Assembly (NCBI RefSeq): GCF_947039605.1
Contig: NZ_CAMQZG010000012.1
Coordinates: forward strand, 9,771 to 73,770
Direction: 5' to 3'
Length of the DNA: 64,000 bases
Source of the DNA: an uncultured Clostridium sp.
GTDB taxonomy: Bacteria > Bacillota > Clostridia > Clostridiales > Clostridiaceae
Shown: one piece after another, positions 1-7,993 of the stretch
How the letters are laid out: every line of letters starts with the position of its first letter
How positions within the stretch are numbered: the first letter of the stretch is position 1
Position numbers and translations under genes: made by a program
Notes under the pieces: generated by a model
Seen by the model: only the letters and a program-made list of their open reading frames with translations
Database searches by the model: none
What the model was told of the DNA's origin: nothing

Positions 1-816
1 AATTTATCATCAGTTGTTTTAGGTAATGTTGATGTTAACTCACAGGAAGAACTTGAAGATATAGTTGAAACTCAAATTAGAGCTATGGATAATGTTATAG
101 ACCTTAATTATTATTCAGTACCATATGCAGAGGTAACTAATAAAAGATACAGAGCAATTGGTCTTGGGACTTCAGGATACCATCATATGCTAACTAACAA
201 TAAAATTGTTTGGGATAGTAAGAAGCACTTTGCTTTTGTTGATAAAGTTTATGAGGATATTAACTATTATGCTATCAAGGCTAGTATTAAAATAGCTAAG
301 GAAAAAGGTAGATATAGTTTATTTGAAGGTTCTGATTGGGATAATGGAGATTACTTTAAGCTTAGAGGATATAATACAGAAAAATGGGATAATATAAGAG
401 AAGAAATATCTCAGTTTGGTATGAGAAATGGTTACCTATTTGCAGTTGCTCCTAATGGCTCAACAGCTACAATAGCAGGAACTTCAGAGGGAATAGACCC
501 AGTAATGGCTAAGTTCTGGCTAGAAGAGAAAAAGGGAAGTATAATTCCTAAAACTGCACCAAATTTAACAGCAGATAATGGATACTTATATATGTCAGCA
601 TATGACATGGACCAACAGTGGTCAGTAGAAGCTGCAGCTATAAGACAAAGACATATAGACCAAGCACAATCATTTAACCTTTATATAACAACAGATTTAA
701 CTATGAGACAAATAGCTAATCTTTATATTCAGGCATGTAATCAAGGCGTTAAAAGTATTTACTACGTAAGAAGTAAGTCTCTTGAAATAGAAGAATGCGC
801 AATGTGCTCAGCATAA
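1..816 (+). CDS. Class I ribonucleoside-diphosphate reductase large (alpha) subunit, C-terminal fragment; the 5' end lies outside the window
   Basis: Frame 1 is open from base 1, upstream of the listed Met at 85. Motifs AVAPNGSTATIAGTSEGIDP and IYYVRS are present. The C-terminal Cys pair (CAMCSA) is typical of RNR alpha tails. The beta subunit gene follows immediately. Confidence 0.9.
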   Translation, partial: NLSSVVLGNVDVNSQEELEDIVETQIRAMDNVIDLNYYSVPYAEVTNKRYRAIGLGTSGYHHMLTNNKIVWDSKKHFAFVDKVYEDINYYAIKASIKIAKEKGRYSLFEGSDWDNGDYFKLRGYNTEKWDNIREEISQFGMRNGYLFAVAPNGSTATIAGTSEGIDPVMAKFWLEEKKGSIIPKTAPNLTADNGYLYMSAYDMDQQWSVEAAAIRQRHIDQAQSFNLYITTDLTMRQIANLYIQACNQGVKSIYYVRSKSLEIEECAMCSA

Positions 817-923
817 GTGACACCCCCAATCTTGATTTGGATAGTGGAACTTACCCAGCTAGCGAAGGGTTTCTTTTAAAGAAGAAAATAGCAATTATAA
901 AATAGATAATAAATAAATTTAGT

Positions 924-946
924 CCCCAATTTAAAAATTGGGGTTT
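924..946 (+). other. Intercistronic hairpin between the RNR alpha and beta genes (CCCCAATTT-AA-AAATTGGGG plus TTT)
   Basis: Perfect 9-bp stem read directly from the sequence. Its function (attenuator or mRNA processing/stability element) is unknown. Confidence 0.3.
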
Positions 947-975
947 AAGTTTCTATAAATATAAAGAGGTGTGTA

Positions 976-2010
976 ATGATAATTAATAAGAAAGCTCTAT
1001 TTAATGAGTTTGGAGATATAGAAGTATCTAAAAAAAGAATGGTTAATGGTAATACTACTAACCTTAATGATTTTAATAATATGAAGTATTCATGGGTTTC
1101 AGATTGGTACAGACAAGCAATGAATAACTTCTGGATACCAGAAGAGATAAACCTTGCACAAGATTTAAAGGATTATAAATTGCTTGAACATGATGAAAAA
1201 ACTGCTTATGATAAGATACTTTCTTTCTTAATTTTCCTTGATTCAATTCAAACAGCTAACCTTGGGAATATAAATAACTATGTTACAGCATCAGAGGTTA
1301 ATTTATGTCTTACAATTCAGGCATTCCAAGAAGCGGTGCACTCACAAAGTTATAGCTATATGCTTGATAGTATTTGTTCACCAGAGCAAAGAAATGAAAT
1401 ATTATATCAATGGAAAGATGATGAAGTTCTTCTTGGAAGAAATAAATTCATTGGTGATTTATATAATGGATTTATAGAAAATCCAACAATGCATACTTTT
1501 ATAAAATCTGTAATGGCTAACTATATTCTTGAGGGAGTTTACTTCTATTCAGGATTTATGTTTTTCTATAATCTTGAGAGAAATGGAAAAATGCCAGGTT
1601 CAGCTCAAGAAATCAGATATATAAACAGAGATGAAAATACTCACCTTTGGTTATTTAGAAATATGATAAGAGAACTTATAGGAGAAATGCCAGAGATATT
1701 TACTAAGGAGTTTGTAGCAGAACTTAGAGGTATGGTTCAAACTGGAGTTGAAAGTGAAATAGCCTGGGGTAAATATGTAATTGGAAATAGAATTAAAGGA
1801 ATGAATGAAACTCTTATAGAGAACTATATTAAATATATAGGGAATTTAAGACTTAAAGATTTAGGCTTTGAAATATTATATCCAGAACATACAGAAAATC
1901 CAGCTAAATGGGTAGACCAATATTCAGATCCTAATATGGTTAAAACAGATTTCTTTGAAGCAAAGTCAACAGCTTATGCAAAGGCTGGAGCTTTAGTAGA
2001 TGATCTATAA
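976..2010 (+). CDS. Class I ribonucleotide reductase small (beta) subunit, ferritin-like di-iron protein
   Basis: 344 aa with FLDSIQ and EAVHSQSYS (E-x-x-H metal ligands) plus a second RDENTH ligand block. RBS AAAGAGG lies upstream. It sits adjacent to the alpha subunit gene. Confidence 0.9.
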   Translation: MIINKKALFNEFGDIEVSKKRMVNGNTTNLNDFNNMKYSWVSDWYRQAMNNFWIPEEINLAQDLKDYKLLEHDEKTAYDKILSFLIFLDSIQTANLGNINNYVTASEVNLCLTIQAFQEAVHSQSYSYMLDSICSPEQRNEILYQWKDDEVLLGRNKFIGDLYNGFIENPTMHTFIKSVMANYILEGVYFYSGFMFFYNLERNGKMPGSAQEIRYINRDENTHLWLFRNMIRELIGEMPEIFTKEFVAELRGMVQTGVESEIAWGKYVIGNRIKGMNETLIENYIKYIGNLRLKDLGFEILYPEHTENPAKWVDQYSDPNMVKTDFFEAKSTAYAKAGALVDDL

Positions 2011-2025
2011 AATATAGAATACAAA

Positions 2026-2064
2026 AGCTATCGAAACTAGTGCATTTTGATAGCCTTTTTCTTT
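2026..2064 (+). terminator. Rho-independent terminator of the nrd operon
   Basis: Stem AGCTATCGAAA / TTTTGATAGC followed by a T-rich run. Confidence 0.6.
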
Positions 2065-2073
2065 TATAAAGAT

Positions 2074-2118
2074 AAAAAAATGTGGATAACTTTTAATAAA
2101 AGTTATCCACATTTTTTA
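2074..2118. terminator. Bidirectional terminator; copy 1 of the dispersed DnaA-box palindrome
   Basis: An A-run, then TGTGGATAACTTTT-AAT-AAAAGTTATCCACA (perfect 14-bp arms), then a T-run. It lies between convergent genes. Confidence 0.75.
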
Positions 2119-2125
2119 TATTATA

Positions 2126-2923
2126 TTAAGCTTTTGCATGTTTTCTTTTGTATAAAGCTCTCCAACAAATGAATCCATAGATAGCACTTGTTAAGTATTG
2201 AATCCAACCTACAGCACCTGACATTGTTGTTACATTTACAGTTCCGTGGTGGATAAGTTGCATTACTACTGGTTTTAAGAATAAAACAACTCCTATTCCG
2301 TTAGATAATAACCAGAATGTCCATTGCTCTAAGTATCTTTGTCCTGTTAACCAAACGGCATATATTGTTAGGATAGCTGTAAGTGAATCTAGTATAAGAT
2401 CACTATCAGGAGCTATTTTAACATGGAATAATGCTTCCATTATATTTGGTAGATAATAAGTGAATGCAGCATATGCTACCCAAAATATTACAAGCCCAAT
2501 TATTGTAAGAATCCATTCTTTTGAACCGAATTTTTTAACATCTATACTATCATCTTGATTATTTGATGCTTTCTTTTTCTTTAAAGCTTTCATCCATGAA
2601 ATAAGACCAATAACTTCTAGTGGGAAAATAAAAACAATATTTTGTATAACTTGTCCATAAAATTGACTCTTATATGCTATAAATGCATAAGTTAAAGTAT
2701 TTATTATCCAGAAGAAGTAAGCTCCTATATCTGCTCTTGCGATATAGATTGAGTTAAATACTCCAGAGACTGCTGAAATAAGACTTATAATTGAAACTAT
2801 TCCAAATACTTCTCCCCATGTTGAACTATGTGTCCAAGCTGGAAGTAAGAATACGATAATACTTATTATTGAGAAAAATACTATAAAACCTATTTGGAAT
2901 GGCGTGAATTTTTTATTTTCCAT
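2126..2923 (-). CDS. PnuC-like nicotinamide riboside transporter family membrane protein
   Basis: 265 aa and multi-TM. Trp-rich helices (QRYLEQWTFWLLSNGIGV, FFWIINTLTYAF) resemble the PnuC family. The call is from pattern recognition only. Confidence 0.5.
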   Translation of the reverse strand: MENKKFTPFQIGFIVFFSIISIIVFLLPAWTHSSTWGEVFGIVSIISLISAVSGVFNSIYIARADIGAYFFWIINTLTYAFIAYKSQFYGQVIQNIVFIFPLEVIGLISWMKALKKKKASNNQDDSIDVKKFGSKEWILTIIGLVIFWVAYAAFTYYLPNIMEALFHVKIAPDSDLILDSLTAILTIYAVWLTGQRYLEQWTFWLLSNGIGVVLFLKPVVMQLIHHGTVNVTTMSGAVGWIQYLTSAIYGFICWRALYKRKHAKA

Positions 2924-3259
2924 TTATGATACCTCGTCCTTTGTTTAAAGTTTATTAAAAATTTGTTTACGATTAATTATTACATTTTTTATTTTAACTG
3001 TTTATGAAAAGGATTTCAAATACAAAATAGTTAAAAAATAATTTCAAAAAGAATGAAAGGATTAAGTGAAAGCTTGCGACTATATTATTGAGCATTCAAA
3101 TGTAAGTGAGGGGTTATAAGTGGTGAAATTAAATTATATAGAGGATTTAGAAATGTTAAGTTATGTTATAGATTTATATTCTAACTTAGTATTCAAAAGG
3201 AAGAGAAAAAATATTAGATATAAAGACTGTTGGAAGAATGAGAGATGATAAAACTGATA

Positions 3260-3412
3260 ATGATGGAATTTTTAGAATTCTTTACAGATAAAGGTGCAAA
3301 ATTATTTGATAAGAAGAAGCTTGCAAAAGGAGAGGCGCTATATTACCTTGCTACTTGGATAATGATTGCGATAGCACTTTTTTATATAGGTAGGGCAATT
3401 ATTAATTTGTAA
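3260..3412 (+). CDS. Hypothetical 50-aa protein with one C-terminal TM helix
   Basis: ORF MMEFLEFFTDKGAKLFDKKKLAKGEALYYLATWIMIAIALFYIGRAIINL lies in a 770-bp gap and is below the ORF-track cutoff. It has no convincing RBS. Confidence 0.2.
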   Translation: MMEFLEFFTDKGAKLFDKKKLAKGEALYYLATWIMIAIALFYIGRAIINL

Positions 3413-3696
3413 AAAATATATTAAAGGTATAGGATTCTACATCTTTTATTTTTATGGTAAAAAAGTAGGGATAGATATATCAATTTGTGTAAAAATATTA
3501 ATGAGTAAAGTAATACTACTAAGATTATATAGAAAATATAACAAAAATGGTTTATACTAAAGGTAAATCAATATCAATCACATAAAAGGAGAATTTTTGT
3601 TAATAAATTATGACAAAATTTTAAAAAATTCAAAAATAATATATAAAATATTATTAAATTACAAAACATAAGATAAAACCGAAAGGGGAAGATTTA

Positions 3697-4935
3697 ATGT
3701 CACATGGTTATTTATTAGACCTTGCATTAATACTTCTAAGTACAAAATTATTTGGACTATTAACAAAAAAGTTTAAGTTACCACAGGTTGTGGGAGCACT
3801 TCTTGCAGGAGTTATTTTAGGACCATCTGTACTTGGAATATTACATGAAACTAATTTTATAGATCAATTATCATCACTTGGAGTTATAGTTTTAATGTTT
3901 GCAGCAGGTCTTGAGACGGATGTAGCAGAACTTAAAAAAACAGGTAAAGCATCTCTTGCAGCAGCTCTTTTAGGAGTTATTATTCCACTTGTAGCTGGAA
4001 TAATATTAGCAATGGTATTCCATGAAGGTTCAGGTTCTAATGTAATGCTTAAATATGTATTTATAGGAATTATATTAACAGCGACATCAGTAAGTATTAC
4101 TGTAGAAACTCTGAAAGAACTTGGAAAACTTAGTACAAGAGCTGGAAATACAATACTTGGAGCAGCACTTATAGATGATATCCTTGGAATCATAGGGCTT
4201 ACAGTGGTTACAAGTATGGCTGATTCAACAGTTAGTATAGGAATAGTTTTACTTAAAATTGTATTATTCTTTGTTTTTGCAGGAATTGTAGGATTTATAG
4301 TAAGAAAATTATTTATAAAATGGACAGCAAAGCATGGAAAAGATATGAAAAGATTTGTTATCATGTCATTTGTATTGTGTTTAGGACTATCATACATAGC
4401 AGAGGAGTTCTTTGGAGTTACAGATATAACAGGTGCATTTATTGCAGGTATGGTTATATCTAATACAGAGAGAACCCACTTTATAAACAAGAAATTTGAA
4501 ACATTATCATACATATTATTATCCCCAATATTCTTCGCAAGTATAGGTATAAAGCTAAATGTAGATTCTATGGATATGAAAACTATCATATTTACAATTG
4601 TTTTAATAGTAGTAGCTATACTAACGAAGATTATAGGTGGAGGGCTTGGAGTCAAGTTCTTTGGTTATAGCAATAGAGAGGCAATGCAAGTTGGGGCGGG
4701 AATGGTTTCAAGAGGTGAAGTTGCACTTATAGTTGCAAATAAAGGAATGGCGGTTGGGCTTATGGCACCAGAGTTTTTAGTTCCTGTAGTTATAATGGTT
4801 ATTGCAACTACAATAGCAGCACCAATATTATTAAAAATAGTATTCAAAAATAAACCAGGTCAAAATGACCCAGGAGAAGAAAGTATTCAACTTGTAAAAG
4901 ACTATGTTGAAGTAGCTAGTGAAAGAATAGAATAA
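3697..4935 (+). CDS. Cation:proton antiporter (CPA2 family, Na+/H+ or K+/H+ exchanger), paralogue 1
   Basis: 412 aa with about 12 TM helices. N-terminus LPQVVGALLAGVILGP and GLETD are typical of CPA2. RBS AAAGGGGA is present. Confidence 0.85.
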   Translation: MSHGYLLDLALILLSTKLFGLLTKKFKLPQVVGALLAGVILGPSVLGILHETNFIDQLSSLGVIVLMFAAGLETDVAELKKTGKASLAAALLGVIIPLVAGIILAMVFHEGSGSNVMLKYVFIGIILTATSVSITVETLKELGKLSTRAGNTILGAALIDDILGIIGLTVVTSMADSTVSIGIVLLKIVLFFVFAGIVGFIVRKLFIKWTAKHGKDMKRFVIMSFVLCLGLSYIAEEFFGVTDITGAFIAGMVISNTERTHFINKKFETLSYILLSPIFFASIGIKLNVDSMDMKTIIFTIVLIVVAILTKIIGGGLGVKFFGYSNREAMQVGAGMVSRGEVALIVANKGMAVGLMAPEFLVPVVIMVIATTIAAPILLKIVFKNKPGQNDPGEESIQLVKDYVEVASERIE

Positions 4936-5202
4936 AATTTTGAAAAGTTATTATAGTGCTAGAAATAGCATGAATAGTAGCTTTTCTTTTTTTATTTTTA
5001 GAGTTAGAGCACAAATAAAGGTTACTTACAAAAAAGTCGGTACTTTTAAAAATTTGTAGGTAGGATATAATAATATTTGTAAGCGACACACAAGTTGCTT
5101 TTAAGACAAGTATAAAAGACTTGTAATAATGAATAATAATATTAGCAGAGTAAAATTGACAACTAAGAATAAAATAGATAAACATAAGAGGAGGAATTTT
5201 CA

Positions 5203-5715
5203 ATGATGAAAATATTAAGTAACTCTATAAATGCACAAGGTCACTTTGAGGACAAGTTCGGTAAGCATGGTGAAGATTTCACAAAGGGAATGCCATCAAG
5301 ATCAATAGATTTTGAAATAGAAGGAGCACCAGAAGGAACAAAAACTTTTGCATTTGTATTAGATGACCATGATGCTATGCCAGTATGTGGATTCACATGG
5401 GTACACTGGGCAGGAGCAAATCTTAAAAGAACTAAGGTTGCAGAAAATGAAAGTATTACAGCAACAGATTTCCTTCAAGGAATCAATAGCTGGGGTGCAG
5501 CAATGATGGGTGAAAATGCTTTATCAAGAGAAGAAGCAGCAGCATATGGCGGAATGGCTCCACCTAACTGTACACACACATATGAGCTAAGAGTTTATGC
5601 ATTAGACTGTGAGTTAAACTTAGAAGAGAACTTCTTTGTAAATGATCTTTACAGTGCTATGAGAGGTCACATCTTAGAGCAAGCTCATTTAACTGGATTA
5701 TATAGACACGAGTAA
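5203..5715 (+). CDS. YbhB/YbcL family Raf-kinase-inhibitor-like (PEBP) protein
   Basis: 170 aa with FAFVLDDHDAMPVCGFTWVHW and YELRVYALD motifs typical of bacterial PEBP. RBS GGAGGA is present. Confidence 0.8.
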   Translation: MMKILSNSINAQGHFEDKFGKHGEDFTKGMPSRSIDFEIEGAPEGTKTFAFVLDDHDAMPVCGFTWVHWAGANLKRTKVAENESITATDFLQGINSWGAAMMGENALSREEAAAYGGMAPPNCTHTYELRVYALDCELNLEENFFVNDLYSAMRGHILEQAHLTGLYRHE

Positions 5716-5799
5716 AAGAAAATCCTAAAAGACCAAAACTAAAAAAAATCTAAAATTCCAAATTTGAATTATATAATAAAGAGTTCTAAGAACAGAGTA

Positions 5800-6120
5800 C
5801 TACTGCTGTTCTAAGAACTCTTTTCCTATTTGTTGAAAAATAATAAGTCCATCAAGGTATCTTCTACCCCAATCTGTTAAAAAGTACTCTACTTTTAATG
5901 GATAACCATCATAGACTTTTTTATCTACTATATCAAATTCTGCTAATTCTTTTAAATGCTGTATAAGCATTTTTTGATTAATACCTTCTATATTTCTCTC
6001 AAGATATGATAATTGGTATGGTCCATGTCTTAAAATCCATATAATTATTGGTTTCCATTTTCCTTTTATCAAATCTAGGGATAATTCTAGTGGGCATGTG
6101 AATTTATCTCTTATTATCAT
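5800..6120 (-). CDS. HxlR family winged-helix transcriptional regulator
   Basis: 106 aa. CPLELSLDLIKGKWKPIIIW and the VEYFLTDWG signature match HxlR/DUF24. Confidence 0.85.
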   Translation of the reverse strand: MIIRDKFTCPLELSLDLIKGKWKPIIIWILRHGPYQLSYLERNIEGINQKMLIQHLKELAEFDIVDKKVYDGYPLKVEYFLTDWGRRYLDGLIIFQQIGKEFLEQQ

Positions 6121-6560
6121 ATATATGTATTGCTATTATTTAGCAATATTTCACCTCCATCATTTTTTATCTTTCCTTATTATAGTATACAAATTTCAAG
6201 TTTTAATAGATATTAAAAAATATTAGATAAAGTTTATGTGAATTTATAGTTTCTGATTAAGAAAAACAGTTGAAGTATGAGATAATATTTTTGAAATCAG
6301 AAATATATAAGTTGAAATATCAGAAATTTATTAAAAAATAATATATAAACCTTTAATAAAGTGTTAATAATTGTTAATAAATACAAAAAATGGAGGTATA
6401 GAGAGGTACACAGAGGATAGAAATGTATTTTAGCTATGTAAAGGTAACAATGAATTAAAATAGATAGAAATCTAAAGAAAGGGATAAAAAGGGGGTTTGT
6501 AGAGAAGTTAAAATAGGAATATAATTTTCTTTAGAATTCAATTTAAGGGGGACAATTGTA

Positions 6561-7793
6561 ATGTCACATAAATTTTTGCTAGACATTGCAATTATTTTGC
6601 TAAGCACTAAACTTTTAGGCTTAATTACAAAAAAATTGCATATGCCACAAGTCGTAGGGGCTTTAATTGCAGGTCTTGTACTTGGACCTGCAGCATTAGA
6701 TATTTTGCATGAAACTGATTTTATTCAGCAAATTGCGTCACTTGGAGTTATAGTTTTAATGTTTACAGCAGGACTAGAAACAGATATAAAAGAACTTAAA
6801 AAGACAGGGAAAGTTTCATTTTGCGTTGCTATAATGGGAGTTTTGTTACCTTTAATCGGGGGATTTATAGTATCACATTTCTTTAATGATGGTGTAGGTG
6901 GAAAAGCTATGCTAGAAAATATTTTTATAGGGATTATTTTAACTGCAACTTCAGTAAGTATTACTGTTGAAACTTTAAAAGAGCTTGGTAAGCTTAATAC
7001 AAGAGCTGGTAATACAATACTTGGAGCAGCACTGATAGATGATATCCTTGGAATAATAGGTCTTACTTTGATAACAAGTATGGCAGATTCTTCTGTAAAT
7101 GTGGGAATAGTTCTTCTAAAGATAATTTTATTCTTTGTATTTGCCGCTATTATGGGGGTTGTTTTCCATTTTGTTTTCATGAAGTGGGTTGCAAATTATA
7201 AGGCTGATTTAAGAAGATTTGTTATAGTTGCTTTTGCATTATGTTTACTTCTTTCATTTGTTGCTGAGGAGTTCTTTGGAGTAGCAGATATAACAGGTGC
7301 TTTTATAGCAGGTCTGATTATATCGAATACAGCAAAAACACATTATATAAATGCTAGATTTGAAACCTTATCATATATGATTTTATCACCTATATTCTTT
7401 GCGAGTATTGGGATAAAAGTTGAACTTACAGAGATGAATGGTACTATAGTATTATTTACATTGTTACTTTTAATAATAGCAGTTACAACTAAAGTATTTG
7501 GTTGTGCTTTAGGTGCAAAACTTTGTAAGTATAATAATAAAGAGGCTTTCCAAATTGGAACGGGAATGGTTTCAAGAGGTGAAGTTGCCTTGATCGTTGC
7601 AAGTAAAGGGATAGCTGTTGGGCTTATGAATCCTAAGTTTCTTGCACCAGTTGTCATAGTTGTTGTTGTAACTACTATAGTTACACCAGTAATGCTTAAA
7701 TTTATATTTAGAAATGATGATAAAGGCAATGGGGAAGATGATACTAGTTTAGTTGATAAGTATGAGACGGTAACTAGAGAGAAAGTTTATTAA
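6561..7793 (+). CDS. Cation:proton antiporter (CPA2 family), paralogue 2
   Basis: 410 aa, colinear with and highly similar to the 3697..4935 product over the full length. Confidence 0.85.
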   Translation: MSHKFLLDIAIILLSTKLLGLITKKLHMPQVVGALIAGLVLGPAALDILHETDFIQQIASLGVIVLMFTAGLETDIKELKKTGKVSFCVAIMGVLLPLIGGFIVSHFFNDGVGGKAMLENIFIGIILTATSVSITVETLKELGKLNTRAGNTILGAALIDDILGIIGLTLITSMADSSVNVGIVLLKIILFFVFAAIMGVVFHFVFMKWVANYKADLRRFVIVAFALCLLLSFVAEEFFGVADITGAFIAGLIISNTAKTHYINARFETLSYMILSPIFFASIGIKVELTEMNGTIVLFTLLLLIIAVTTKVFGCALGAKLCKYNNKEAFQIGTGMVSRGEVALIVASKGIAVGLMNPKFLAPVVIVVVVTTIVTPVMLKFIFRNDDKGNGEDDTSLVDKYETVTREKVY

Positions 7794-7804
7794 ATAGAGT
7801 AAAA

Positions 7805-7839
7805 TAGCTTACTAATGCGGATTAGTAAGCTATTTTTTT
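7805..7839 (+). terminator. Rho-independent terminator
   Basis: TAGCTTACTAAT-GCGG-ATTAGTAAGCTA followed by T7. Confidence 0.8.
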
Positions 7840-7871
7840 GTGTTTAGTGTTAGTAAGGTTTTATTAAGTGT

Positions 7872-7897
7872 AAATTAGTTTACTTGTAAACTAATTT
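7872..7897. promoter_or_regulatory. Perfect 12-bp inverted repeat AAATTAGTTTAC-TT-GTAAACTAATTT upstream of the yhgE-like pair
   Basis: Read directly from the sequence. It could be an operator or a second hairpin terminator. Confidence 0.3.
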
Positions 7898-7993
7898 TTG
7901 ATATATTTAATATAAGAAATAAAATTTATTTTAAATAAATTTCACTAAATAAGAAGACACTATAATATTAAACAAAAGAGGAGGCGATGTTAC

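Noticed and set aside
3864-4655. Long antisense ORFs inside the CPA2 genes (3864..4655, 4665..4847, 6725..7180, 7343..7729), and similar ORFs inside other genes (59618..60334, 57585..58034, 33379..33825, 43362..43694, 45811..46161).
   Set aside because: They lie entirely opposite well-supported genes and have no RBS. Their low-complexity Ile/Ser/Thr/Pro-rich translations are typical of the reverse frame of AT-rich membrane or enzyme genes.
4916-5203. Intergenic ORFs 4916..5203(-), 44186..44371(-), 63328..63585(-), 7990..8205(-), 29786..29974(-) and 38850..39035(-).
   Set aside because: They have no RBS and low-complexity hydrophobic or AT-biased translations. They overlap promoters, terminators or the 5' ends of convincing genes on the other strand.
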